A stretch of 64,000 bases of DNA, from positions 930,001 through 994,000 of the forward strand of contig MU008182.1 of assembly GCA_010909165.1 (NCBI GenBank), given 5' to 3'. The position numbers and the translations under genes were made by a program. Shown here piece after piece: positions 1 to 11,600 of this stretch. Every line of letters begins with the position of its first letter. Within the stretch, counting starts at the first letter, position 1. A model generated the notes under the pieces. The model did not search any database and was not told the DNA's origin. It saw only the letters and a list, made by a program, of their open reading frames with translations. The DNA is from Anthoceros angustus (Eukaryota > Plantae > Anthocerotophyta).

Positions 1-2018
1 CCCGTCCCCAACAAGGCCTCCAATATGCAAGCATTTTTTAAAAAGGAGCTCCTCAGTTAGCCTTTCCTGCACCATGCTCACCTTCATACCCAGCTACGGT
101 CTCGGCCGAAGCCGTGCAAAATGCCGGAAAAACTCGGGGTCCCCAGCAATGATGAGGGCAACCGCCTCCTTGATTGCCACATGTTGACGGTTTGCACTTG
201 CCCACAATGCCTTCTTCAGCAGCAGATAAGACCATCAACTCTGGGTTGCAGGCTTTCATGTCCGCCTTGAAGGCTTTTTTCATGAAAGTTGATCCCGGCG
301 CATCTTGCCACACCTTGTGCACTCCGTCCACCTAGCTCCCAAGGGCGTGTGCGATAGTGGCTATGGTCATCGGGCATGACACTTGCACGGTCGCGAGCAC
401 CATGTACACGAGGTAGCCAAAGAAGCGTGCATGGCACTCAAGGCCTGCGGGTTAGAATGAAAGGCCTGCAGTTAGCATCAGCATTTCACACGCACGCGCC
501 TCACCACAGATTCACTCATCCGCGAGATCGACTTGCCCTTCTTGATGTGGTACTATGTCCCCGAGCCCCCAGGATTGTCCCTCACCTCGAACACGCAGTT
601 GAGGAACATAGGGTTCTGCTAGAATTGCCGCCATGCCTCGCCGATGCAGCATCGAGTTGGCCCCCGGCGTCCACCGTCTCCGCCTCCGGCAGAGAACCCC
701 TCCATGCCTCGTTGCGTACTGCACAGTGAACTGTGGAAACACACCCTTTCCCTCGCCATGTTCCTGGAAGAGTTCATACAAGGCGCCGCACTCACATCCA
801 GCCTCTACCTGCGAGCTCCACCAAGTCAGGAAAGTAGCCGTGTCCGGCGAAGATTCTCGCCGGTCATATGGAGCAACGCAGGAGGAGTGTCATATCTTAC
901 CTTCACCACAGTCCGCCTCTTACAGAGTCGATGCTGCGAAGACGTAGACCCGGCCTTGGATCTGGGGGCGATAGAGCCCGAGGACTTGCTGGAGACGTGG
1001 TCCACAACCAACTTGCGCCACTCCCTTGAGGAGGAGTTGCTACGCCTGCACGACCGTCACCGCCACTGGATGAGAGAGTGCGCCATGGCAGAAAGGAGCG
1101 TCTCTACTTGTGCGCAAGCGTTCGCAGCTCTCAGCCTAGAAGTGGCGCAAGTCACGCTTGCTAGCACCTCATGGCTGAAGCCAAAGATTAAGCTTTGGGC
1201 TTGCCACTCCTATCACCGGAGCCCAGGTAAGGACGAGGATGAGACCCAATGCTAGAGATAGTGTACCCATCTACAAAGAACGTTGTGAAGCATTATCCTT
1301 GCATTTGCACATCTAGATTTTGCAAAATAGGCGAGGTGGGCGTTTGCTATCCCGAAGCGATCCTTACGGGTCACACAAGTGAGTGGCTGTATATTAATAT
1401 TACGTAAATAGAAATAGATTTTAACTCACATCCTTGGTCACTTTTATGTTCTTCAATCTCTTGATTCGCGCGTGCGAAGTGCGAAGTAAGGTCTTCGCGG
1501 CATCTCATGTTCATAAAAGCTCCATGCCGGACTAGATGCACATGCCATGGATCCGTGGCATCTCATGGTCACAAAAGCCCTCATGCCCGAATGGTGGGCA
1601 TCTGCGAAGGGCACCACTACGTTGCGAGCGGTGCGCGAGAGAGAACTTTTTACAAGCGTGGAAAGCAAAATCGGTTTGGGGTGGTAAGCAGAAGAGCACC
1701 CCATCTGAGGTCTTATCCACTGTGATACGAGCGATGAGGTTCTTAGATCCGCTGAGCTACCTCAACACGAAGGATTTCGAATGCTGTGTGGAGGGAGAAA
1801 CTGTTCACATCCAAAAGAAGACGAACCTGTAGGTCAGCAGGTAGACATTTGGATTGTTAATGCTTACGCAGCAGCCTTGGTGGGCTGGATCATGCCATGG
1901 CAAGCAAGGGGTGCGCAAGAACTGGAAATCAGTGATGGAATCAAACTGAAGCTTGAAGACAGCCTGAAATGCATGGAATACTAGGCACTGTAAGTAGCCA
2001 GCTTCACTAGGCCAGCTC

Positions 2019-2260
2019 CTAGCCAGCTGGGTTTACATGACGCACATCCCTTCCTTGTACACTCGTTTTCCTGCCTTCTACACCTACATGGTTCCTGACA
2101 ATGTGACCTATCAAGGCAAGCCAGCAGATAGGTACAAGTATGTCATATTCATTCTGCTGAGGTGTTTCGCTAGACCTGCAAGCGATAGCCAATTTCTTGC
2201 TGTGCCACAAGAATGACCTCCCATGGACGAGTCCACATGTTGCAGTTTCTTCAATCTGGA
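2019..2260 (-). pseudogene. Out-of-frame degenerate DYW deaminase remnant downstream of PPR gene 1
   Basis: ORF 2019..2420 frame reads FLWHSKKLAIACRSSETPQQ...VEGRK...RHV, matching DYW LCGHSEKLAIA..TP.G....EGR.I...H. The catalytic Glu is Lys. Frame differs from the PPR ORF. Confidence 0.75.
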
Positions 2261-5133
2261 AAACACCTGCTTCCGCCTTGCTGAATGCCTTTATCCCCAA
2301 CCAGAAAGCTATGCACCAGCCCATCCGTGTCTGTCCACCAGCTCTGGCCTGGCTGCTTCCATGCCCTGGTTTGTACTCTCCTGGCCTGCACCTCCTGTGC
2401 CTGCTCCCACATGTGCGCACCAGTGTATATGTTCGACATCAACACATAGGCTGAGGCATCTTTCTTGTCTAGCTTCACTGCTTCATCGAAAGCATGGCGT
2501 CCCACTACCACGTTGCTCCACTTTCTACAACCACCCAACAGAGTGTGCCAGACTGCAGCAGTGGGCAGTATACGCATTGTCCTTGCTACAACTAGAGCCT
2601 CTTCCAATTGTCCTGCACGCCCAAGGAGATCCACCATGCATGTGTAGTGGTCGGCCGTGGGAGTGATGCCATAGAAAGTGCTCATAGACTCAAAGTACTC
2701 TCGCCCTTTGTTCACTAGACCCGTATGACTGCACACTGTTAGGACACTGAGAAACGTGACGGAGTCTGGCTGTACGCCATCCGCTGTCATTCTGAGCACC
2801 AAGTCAAACACCTCTGCAGTTTCTCCTTGACGGCTGTATCCTGCAATCAGTGCATTCCAGACGACCACATCTCTTTCAGGTAGTGCCTCAAACACCTGCT
2901 GTGCATCGACCATGCTGCCACACTTCCCATACATGTTTATCAAACTGCCAGCCAAAAGCACATCAGCATGAAGCCCTTGCTCCTTGATCTGTGCATGAAG
3001 CTGCCTTCCCAAATGCAAAGCCGCCACACTTGCACATGCCTGAAGCAGGCACAAAAATGTCACCAAATTGGGTGCAACAATGCCTTCTTCTTGCATACTC
3101 ACGTAAAGGCAAAGGGCATCCTGCCCCATTGCCTGCTGGGCATACGCTGCTATCATGGCACTCCACGTTACAACGTTTTTTTCACCAAGTCCATCAAACA
3201 CACCTCGAGCATCCACTATGCTGCCACACTTTGCATACATCGTTACCAAACTGGTAGCTACAAACACTTCAGTATCAAGTCCTCTTTCTCTGATCTGCGC
3301 ATGAAGCTGTTTCCCCTTCTCCAAAGCAGAGGGGCCTACACTTGCACATGCCTGCAAGAGGCATACATATGTCACAGAATTGGGAGCTGCCATGCCTTCT
3401 TCTTGCATAGCCCTATAAACCTGAAGGGCTTCCTGCCCCATGCCCTGCTGGGAATATCCTGCAATCATGGCACTCCAGGTCACTACATTTTTTTTATCAA
3501 GTCCATCAAACACACCCCGAGCGTCCTCTAGGCTGCCACACTTTGCATACATGTCTACCAAGCTGTTACCCACAAACACATCAGCCTGAAGGCCTTGTTC
3601 TCTAATTTCTGCATGAAGCTGCTTCCCCTTCTCCAACGCCAGGGTGCCCACGCTGGCACATGCCTGCAGGAGGGATAGAAATGTCACTGCGTCGGGTGCA
3701 GCCATGCCACCTTCTTGCATAGTTTTGTATAGACGAAGAGCTTCCTGCCCCATGCCCTGCTGGGAATATCCTGCAATCATGGCACTCCACGTCACAACAT
3801 TTTTCTGACTTAGCCTGTCAAACACACCCCGAGCATCTGCAAGGCTGCCACACTTTGCGTACATGTTTACCAAGGAGTTGGCTACAAACACATTAGCCTG
3901 AAGACCTTGCTCTTTAATTTGTGCATGAATCTGCTTCCCCTTCTCCAAAGCTGAGGCTCCTACACTTGCACATGCCTGCAAGAGGGATACAAATGTCAAA
4001 GAATCGGGTACAGCCGTACCCTCCTCTTGCATAGCCCTGTAGAGACGAAGAGCTTCGTGCCCCATGCCCTTCTGGGAATATCCTGCTATCATTGCAGTCC
4101 ACGTAACCACATTTTTTGGCCCAAGGCTGTCAAACACACACCGAGCATCTTCAAGGCTACTGCACTTCGCATACATGCTTACTAGACTCCCACCTAAAAA
4201 CACGTCAGCCTCAAGGCCTTGTTGTCTAATTTGTGCATGAAGCAGCTTACCCTTCTCCAAAGCTGGCGTGCCCACACTTGCACATGCCTGCAGGAGGCAA
4301 ACAAATGTCACAGAGTTGGGTACCACCACACCTTCTTCTTGCATAGCACTGTAAAGATGAAGGGCTTCGCGTCCCATCCCCTGCTGGGAGTACCCAGCTA
4401 TCATAGCGCTCCATGTCACCACATCTTTTTTACCAAGTCCATCGAACACTCTTTGAGCGTCTCCCAAGCTGCCACATTTGGCATACATGTACACCAAGCC
4501 ATTCCAAACAAACAGATTCGGCTCTATACCACTAGCTAACACATCAGCATGCACCTGCTGTCCAGATACCAAGTCGCCTCCCCTTGCGCAAGCCCGCAGG
4601 GCTGCTACAAACACATGGCCATTTGGCTTCACACTCGACCTGCGCATAATATGATACAGTCGTATGGCTTGCTTACCTTGTCCATGCTTATCATGAGCAG
4701 AAATTATGGCAGACCATGTGAATGCATCTGGATTGGCAACCATGGTGAACACATCTACAGCTTCTTGCAGCCTGGCATCAGAAGCATACATTCGCAGGAT
4801 GTGGTTGCACAAGAACGTGTCCGACTCATACCCCTTCTTCACTGTGAGAGCATGGACACGGCGCCCCAGACACAAATCCTTCTCAGCCACACACTTTTTC
4901 AGGACAGCATAAAACAGAGATCTGGGAATATCACAGGCTGCATGCACCAGGACTCCAAGAGCCTCAACGGCGTCCTTCAGCCTGCCCTGCTGACACAGTC
5001 CGTCCACGATTTCAGCCCGTACTCTCCTGTCGACTCCTGCACGCTCTGAGACGGTCACGATCATCCGGCATGCTCCAGTTGTATGCCGGGGCATTACGAC
5101 CCATCTCCGTATCCACAGCTGCCAGCAGAACAT
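2251..5133 (-). CDS. PLS-class PPR protein (E1-E2 + WW-type PG box, DYW truncated); organellar RNA-editing factor family; N-terminus probably frameshifted
   Basis: Intronless 960 aa ORF of P-L-S triplets (VVTWSAMIAGY / VTFVCLLQACAS / SLVNMYAKCGS), P2-L2-S2, E1, E2, ending KQPGQSWWTD..HSFLVGD. Confidence 0.93.
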   Translation of the reverse strand: MFCWQLWIRRWVVMPRHTTGACRMIVTVSERAGVDRRVRAEIVDGLCQQGRLKDAVEALGVLVHAACDIPRSLFYAVLKKCVAEKDLCLGRRVHALTVKKGYESDTFLCNHILRMYASDARLQEAVDVFTMVANPDAFTWSAIISAHDKHGQGKQAIRLYHIMRRSSVKPNGHVFVAALRACARGGDLVSGQQVHADVLASGIEPNLFVWNGLVYMYAKCGSLGDAQRVFDGLGKKDVVTWSAMIAGYSQQGMGREALHLYSAMQEEGVVVPNSVTFVCLLQACASVGTPALEKGKLLHAQIRQQGLEADVFLGGSLVSMYAKCSSLEDARCVFDSLGPKNVVTWTAMIAGYSQKGMGHEALRLYRAMQEEGTAVPDSLTFVSLLQACASVGASALEKGKQIHAQIKEQGLQANVFVANSLVNMYAKCGSLADARGVFDRLSQKNVVTWSAMIAGYSQQGMGQEALRLYKTMQEGGMAAPDAVTFLSLLQACASVGTLALEKGKQLHAEIREQGLQADVFVGNSLVDMYAKCGSLEDARGVFDGLDKKNVVTWSAMIAGYSQQGMGQEALQVYRAMQEEGMAAPNSVTYVCLLQACASVGPSALEKGKQLHAQIRERGLDTEVFVATSLVTMYAKCGSIVDARGVFDGLGEKNVVTWSAMIAAYAQQAMGQDALCLYVSMQEEGIVAPNLVTFLCLLQACASVAALHLGRQLHAQIKEQGLHADVLLAGSLINMYGKCGSMVDAQQVFEALPERDVVVWNALIAGYSRQGETAEVFDLVLRMTADGVQPDSVTFLSVLTVCSHTGLVNKGREYFESMSTFYGITPTADHYTCMVDLLGRAGQLEEALVVARTMRILPTAAVWHTLLGGCRKWSNVVVGRHAFDEAVKLDKKDASAYVLMSNIYTGAHMWEQAQEVQARRVQTRAWKQPGQSWWTDTDGLVHSFLVGDKGIQQGGSRCFPD

Positions 5134-5537
5134 CCACCCAAGCTGGCTTGTGAAATTTGTCTAGCCAGAGACCCAATTGACGACGGGTTTCCCTGCAAGG
5201 CCGGTCTGCTGCCAGAAATCCTGTTGCGCGAGGTGCATTTCTCGAGACAATCTTGCACCTTGGGGCTTCCTTGTCTGCCCGCGGTTGGCTCCTTGAAGTG
5301 GGATGTTCACAGCCGGAGTTGTTGCTAGAACACCCCATCGCTCACAGGAACACGAACTGCCTGAACTACATACCGTTGATAGGACGCAGAAGAGCTTGGA
5401 ATTCTGCTGGGACGAACCACAGATTTGGCCCAACATAATCTGCGCATCTGATGATGGGTTTTGGGACTTCTATCAAATGCAAGCAATTTAGTACTGCTGC
5501 AGACATATCTCAGAGCGAAGTGCAGTTGAGCTGAGAT

Positions 5538-8042
5538 ATGCGCAGTCCGGGCTTGGCGAATTCATGGCCATGTCAAGCAAGATCGCTGCGCCAAAGGGAT
5601 GGACGGGGATGCCTCAGCGAGGGTCGTGGACGGGAGAACTTGGGCCGAAACCGCCATTTGCCTGGCGTGAGGCGGAGGCAGTCTCTGGAGGTGCTCTGGT
5701 TGAACAAGTGCTGCCGGCCAACTGCGGTGGGTGCGCTGCTCGCTGCTCTGGAAACGGGGAAGGAAACGTCTCGCTGCGTCTCCGTTCCCGTTTCCAGACC
5801 AGCTAGCTTGCCGGGCGGGCCTGCAGGTGACGATTTGGGCATGACGGCTAGCACGGTGAGCAGGCTATGTGATGAGGACCGTCTCATTGAGGCAGTCCAG
5901 GGATTGGAAATTCTGGTGCAGACGAAGCGTTTTGTTTCCAAGGCTGTCCTGTACGCCGTCCTGAAGGGCTGTGTAGCGAAGAAGGAGCTTGTGCTGGGTA
6001 GCCGAGTGCATGCTGTGGTGGTGAGAAAGGGGTTTCAGTCAGACACGTTCCTGGGCTTCCACATTCTGCGAATGTATGCCTCCCATGGCAGGTTGCAAGA
6101 CGCGGTGGATGTGTTTGAAGCAGTGGCCAAGCCTGATGCTTTTACGTGGTCGGCCATCATTTCTGCCCATGTTAGAAACGGGCGAGACAAGGAGGCCATA
6201 GAACTGTATCATGGGATGCGGAGGTCTGGTGTGAAGCCGGATGGCCATGTGTTTGTGGCAGCTCTTCAAGCTTGTGCAAGGGGGTTGGATTTGAAGAGTG
6301 GGCAGCAGGTGCATGCTGATGTATTGGCCAGTGGCGTCGGGGGTAATTTGTTTGTCTATAGTTGCTTGGTGGACATGTATGCTAAATGTGGCAGCTTGGA
6401 GGATGCTCAGGGTGTGTTCGACGGGCTTGGTCAGAAGGATGTGGTGACGTGGACTGCCTTGATAGCAGGGTATTCTCAGCAGGGCATGGGGCAGGAGGCC
6501 CTTCGTCTCTACAGTGCCATGCGAGAGGAAGGCATGGCTGTGCCCAATTCTGTGACTTTCGTGTGTCTCCTCCAGGCATGTGCAAGTGTGGGCACCTTGG
6601 CGTTAGAGACGGGGAAGCACCTTCACACTCAGGTACGAGAACGGGGATATGAAGGGGATGTGTTTGTAGCCAACAGTTTGGTGAACATGTATGCTAAGTG
6701 TGGCAGCTTGGAAGACGCCCAGAGGGTGTTCGATGGACTTGGTCACAAGGATGTGGTTACGTGGAATGCCATGATAGCAGGGTATTCCCAGCAAAGGATG
6801 GGTGTTGAAGCGCTGCGTCTCCACAGTGCTATGGTGGAAGAAGGTATGGCTGTACCCACTCCCGTGACATTTGTGTGCATTCTCCAGGCATGTGCAAGCG
6901 TGGGCACTCCAGCTTTGGAGAAGGGGAAGCATGTCCATGCACAGATTAGAGAGCGAGGACTTGAGGCTGATGTCTTTGTAGCCAGCAGTTTGGTGAACAT
7001 GTACGCAAAGTGTGGCAGCTTAGACGATGCTCAGAGTGTGTTTGACGGACTTGGTCAGAAAGATGTGGTGACATGGACTGCCATGATAACAGGGTATTCC
7101 CAGCAGGGCATGGGGCAGCAAGCTCTTCGTCTCTACAGAGCTATGGTAGCAGAAGGCATGGCTGTACAGGATGTGCCCACATTTGTGTGCCTCCTTCAGG
7201 CTTGTGCGAATGTAGCTGCTTTGCATCTGGGAAGGCAGTTACATGCGCAGATTGTAGAACAAGGTCTTGAAACAGACGAGGTTGTGGCAGGCAGTTTGAT
7301 TAATATGTATGGAAAGTCGGGAAGTATGGTTGAAGCGCAGCAGGTGTCTGATGCATTGCCCAGAAGAAATGTTGTTATCTGGAATGCACTGATTGCAGGC
7401 TACACCTCTCAAGGACGGTATGACGTTGTCGTCGACTCGGTCCAGAGGATGAGAGGTGATGGCATGCGTCCAGACAACGTCACATTCCTTAGTCTACTTA
7501 CAGTGTGCAGTCATGCGGGTCTAGTGGAGGAGGGGTGGGAGTACTTTGAGGCTATGAGCAGACACTATGGCATCACTCCCACTGTAGACCACTATACATG
7601 CATGGTGGATCTCCTGGGCCGTGCAGGACAACTGGATGAGGCTCTAAGATTGATAACATCAATGCCTGTGTCGCCTAATGCTGTGGTTTGGTACACCCTG
7701 TTGGGTGCTTGTCAGATGTGGAGCAACGTGGAGGTGGGGCGTCATGCTTTTAACGAAGCAGTGAAGTTAGAGGAAACAGTTTCTGCGGCATATGTATTGA
7801 TGTCCAACATATACACCAGCGCCCAAATGTGGGAGCAAGCACAGGAAATGCAGGCCCGGAGAAAACGAATGAGGGCATGGAAGCAGCCAGGTCAGAGCTG
7901 GTGGACAGACCAGGATGGACTTGTGCACAGTTTTTTGGTTGGGGACGAGAAGCATCCCTACATTCAGAGCAAAACTCAAGTCGGTGTTTCCAAACTGGGA
8001 AAAGAACCATGCCGCCACCTGGACTCGTGTAAGGATGGATAG
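5538..8042 (+). CDS. PLS-class PPR protein (E1-E2 + WW-type PG box, DYW truncated) with degenerate N-terminal PDF-like motif
   Basis: 834 aa ORF with R/S-rich N-terminus, RHLPGVRRRQSLEVLWLNK, PLS triplets and KQPGQSWWTDQDGLVHSFLVGD. Confidence 0.93.
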   Translation: MRSPGLANSWPCQARSLRQRDGRGCLSEGRGRENLGRNRHLPGVRRRQSLEVLWLNKCCRPTAVGALLAALETGKETSRCVSVPVSRPASLPGGPAGDDLGMTASTVSRLCDEDRLIEAVQGLEILVQTKRFVSKAVLYAVLKGCVAKKELVLGSRVHAVVVRKGFQSDTFLGFHILRMYASHGRLQDAVDVFEAVAKPDAFTWSAIISAHVRNGRDKEAIELYHGMRRSGVKPDGHVFVAALQACARGLDLKSGQQVHADVLASGVGGNLFVYSCLVDMYAKCGSLEDAQGVFDGLGQKDVVTWTALIAGYSQQGMGQEALRLYSAMREEGMAVPNSVTFVCLLQACASVGTLALETGKHLHTQVRERGYEGDVFVANSLVNMYAKCGSLEDAQRVFDGLGHKDVVTWNAMIAGYSQQRMGVEALRLHSAMVEEGMAVPTPVTFVCILQACASVGTPALEKGKHVHAQIRERGLEADVFVASSLVNMYAKCGSLDDAQSVFDGLGQKDVVTWTAMITGYSQQGMGQQALRLYRAMVAEGMAVQDVPTFVCLLQACANVAALHLGRQLHAQIVEQGLETDEVVAGSLINMYGKSGSMVEAQQVSDALPRRNVVIWNALIAGYTSQGRYDVVVDSVQRMRGDGMRPDNVTFLSLLTVCSHAGLVEEGWEYFEAMSRHYGITPTVDHYTCMVDLLGRAGQLDEALRLITSMPVSPNAVVWYTLLGACQMWSNVEVGRHAFNEAVKLEETVSAAYVLMSNIYTSAQMWEQAQEMQARRKRMRAWKQPGQSWWTDQDGLVHSFLVGDEKHPYIQSKTQVGVSKLGKEPCRHLDSCKDG

Positions 8043-8044
8043 AA

Positions 8045-8450
8045 ATACATCTCAGCTCTTTCAGCTACCCATAGAACACTGCTTCCTGTATGCCTGCAAT
8101 CACCTACCAGGAAAGTGCCCAACTCCTGCTCATGCTCGATCCAGCTCTGGCCAGGCACCTTCCACGCACCTGCGTTATGACTCAGCTCCTCTTATGTTCG
8201 TTGCAGATCCCCACACGCCAGCTGGGCATATATGTTGGACATGAGAACATGAGCTGCAGCTTCTCATGGCTCTTCTGTCACAGCACTGTCGGATGCTTGC
8301 CGTCCCAAGGTTACAATGGCATGCTTCCATCACGCAGAGAGTATACACACCCACAGATCCAGGCGAGGCAGCATTGGCATACCTACAAGCAATTCTTGCG
8401 GCAAGAACCCCCTGGAGAAATTTACCAAATCCATCAGCTCCCCACGATGG
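8045..8450 (-). pseudogene. Relic of S2-E1-E2-PG box of a different ('SWIEH' type) PPR gene
   Basis: Fragments LMDLVNFSRGFLPQELLVGMPMLPRLDLWVCILSA and PGQSWIEHEQELGTFLVGD in broken frames; resembles the C-terminus of the gene at 40029-43109. Confidence 0.75.
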
Positions 8451-8675
8451 CTATGTGACCGCGATAAATTCGACAAAAATCGTGAGGCTGCAAATGTAGC
8501 GCCGCTGAGGCTGACAACTTGTCGACCAGATCCTTCAGATGTCTGAGACTCTGAAGGTACAGCAATGGGACTATCATCGCAAACGCTCACATGTCTCTCA
8601 TTTGGAGTGCAGCGAACCTCACTCCCATGTTTAGAACAACTGCGCTGGCCGGCCTTTGAATCAAGTTCCTTTCCA

Positions 8676-11600
8676 TCAAAGATCCGCAACCGAAAATCTA
8701 TGCACCAGTCCATTCATGTCTGTCCACCAGCTCTGGCCTGGCTGCTTCCATGCCCCAATAGTTTTTCTCCGAGACTGCATCTCCCGCGCTTGCTCCCACA
8801 TCTGGGCACTAGTGTATATGTTGGACATCAACACATACGCTGCGGAATCTTTCTCGTCTAGCTTGACAGCTTCATTGAAAGCATACCGTCCAACATCCAC
8901 GTTGCTCCACTTCTGACAGGCACCCAATAGAGTCCGCCAAAGTGCAGCATCAGGCGGTACAGACATTGTCTGGACCAAAGCTAGTGCCTCCTGCAGTTGT
9001 CCAGAACGACCCAGAAGATCCACCATGCATGTGTAGTGATCCGCCGTGGGAGTGATGCCGTAGTGCTTGCTCATGTCCTCAAAGTATCCTCGGCCCTTGT
9101 TCACGAGACCCGTGTGACTGCACACTGTGAGTACACTGAGAAACGTGATGCTGTCTGGCTGTATGCCATCCTCTTCCATTTTGCAAACCAGGCCAAACAC
9201 CTCTTCACTGTCTCCTTGACGGGTGTATCCTGCGATCAGTGCACTCCATGTGAAAACATCTCTTTTGGGCAATGCCTGAAACACCTGCAGCGCATCAAGC
9301 ATGCTGCCACACTTCCCATACATGTTTATCAAACTGCCAGCGACAAGCATATCAGTATGAAGCTTTTGTTCTTTGATCTGTGCATGAAGCTGCCGCCCTT
9401 GAGGTAAAGCTGCCACACTGGCACATGCCTGAAGAAGGCACACAAACGTCACAGAATTGGGTTCAACAATGCCTTCTTCTTGCATTCTCCTATAAAGCAC
9501 AAGGGCACCCAGCCCCATTCCCTGCTGGGAATATCCTGCTATCATGGAATTCCATGTCACAACATCTTTTTGAACTAGTGCATCAAATACGTCCTGGGCT
9601 TCCTCTAGGCTGCCGCATTTTGCGTACATGGTTACCAAGCTGTTGGCTACAAACAAATCAGCCTCAATCCCTTGTTTTCTGATCTCTGCGTGAAGCTGTT
9701 TCCCTTTCTCCAAGGCTGGGGTGCCTACACTTGCACATGCCTGCAGGAGGCACACAAATGTCACAGAATCAGGTACAGCCATGCCTTCTTGTTGCATATC
9801 TCTGTAGAGGCTAAGGGCCTTTTGCCCCATCCCCTGCTGGGAATATCCTGCTATCATGGAACTCCATGTCACAACATTCTTTTCACCAAGTCCTTCAAAT
9901 ACTCTCTCAGCATCCTCTAGGCTGCCACATTTCGCATACATGTGTACCAAACTGCTGGCTACAAACACTTCGCCCTCCAGTTCTAGTTCCCTAATTTGTA
10001 CATGTAGCTGCCTCCCCTTCTCCAGAGCCGGGGTCCCCACACTTGAACATGCCTGCAGGAGGCACACAAATGTCACAGAATTAGGTGCAACAATGCCTTC
10101 TTCTTGCATAGCCCCGTAAACACGAAGGGCTTCCTGCCCCATGCCTTGTTGTGAATATCCTGCTATCATGGCGCTCCAGGTCACCACGTTTTTATGGCGC
10201 AGACCGTCAAACACGCCACGAGCAACCTCTATACTTCCGCACTTCGCATACATGTTCACCAAGCTGCTGGCTACAAACCAGTCAGCCTCAAACCCGCATT
10301 TGCTAATTTCTGCATGAAGCTGCTTCCCCTTCTCCAAAGCCGTGGTGCCCACACTTGCACAAGCCTGGAGGAGGGACCCAAACGTCACAGAATCAGGTGC
10401 AGCCAGGCCTTCCTCTTGCATAGCCCTGTAAAGACCAAGGGCTTCTTGCCCCATGCCCTGCTGTGAATACCCTGCTATCATGGAACTCCAAGTCACTACA
10501 TTCTTTACACCAAGTCTGTCAAACACGTACCGAGCATCATCGATGCTGACACATTTTGCATACATGTTTACCAGACTCCCACCTACAACTACATCAGCCT
10601 GAAGGCCTCGTTCTTTAATTTTTGCATGAAGTTGTTTCCCCTTCTCCAAAGCGGGGGTGCCCACACTTGCACATGCCTGCAGGAGGCACACAAATGTCAC
10701 AGAATTGGGAGCGATGATGCCTTCCTCTTCCATAGCCCTGTACAGATGAAGGGCTTCCTGCCCCATGCCCTGCTGGGAATATCCGGCTATCAAAGCATTC
10801 CATGTCACCACATCCTTTTTACAAAGCCCGTCAAACAATCTCTGAGCTTCTTCCAAGCTGCCACATTTTGCATACATGTCCACCAAGGAATTCCATACAA
10901 ACAAATCATGCTTCATGCCACTAGCCAGCACATCAGCATGCACCTGCTGCCCAGACTTCAAGTCTCCTCCCCTTGCACAAGCCTGAAGGGCTGCCACAAA
11001 CACATGTCCATCTGGCTCCACACTCGAGCCACGCATCCCCTTGTACAATTCTATGGCCTGCTTATCTTGCCCGTGCTTAACATGCCCAGAAATCACGGCA
11101 GACCACGTGAAGGCATCTGGTTTGGCAATCATACTGAACACATCCATAGCCTCTTGCAACTTGGAATGCGAAATATACATCCGCAGGATGTGATTGCACA
11201 AGAACGTATCCGCCTCATACCCCTTCTCCACGGCGAGAGCATGAACACGGCGACCCAGAGTTAGATCCTTCGCAGCCACGCATTGCCTCACGACGGTGTA
11301 AAACACAAATTTGGTAACACGACAGTCTGTGAGCACCAGAACTCCTACAGCCTCGATGGCCTGAGCGAGCTGTCCCCGCTGGCACAATCTGCTCACAGTT
11401 TTAGCGGTGACGCCCTTTCCACTCCCTGCAGCTTTGCCAGGTTCTCCATCCGGCACGCTCCAGTTCAATGTCGGCCAACCACCCACCTCCATTTCCAGAG
11501 TAGCCAGACATACTGTTATACGGGCTGGCTTTCTTGCCAAGGTGCTGCATCTCCTGGGTTGCGCTAGACTCCTGGAATTCACGTGAACGGGACTACTTCC

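Noticed and set aside
1-1990. ORFs 53..331, 512..781, 644..1255, 1536..1832; possibly a decayed retroelement
   Set aside because: No convincing motif or splice structure; only a vague DDHS resemblance to LINE endonucleases, not enough to call.
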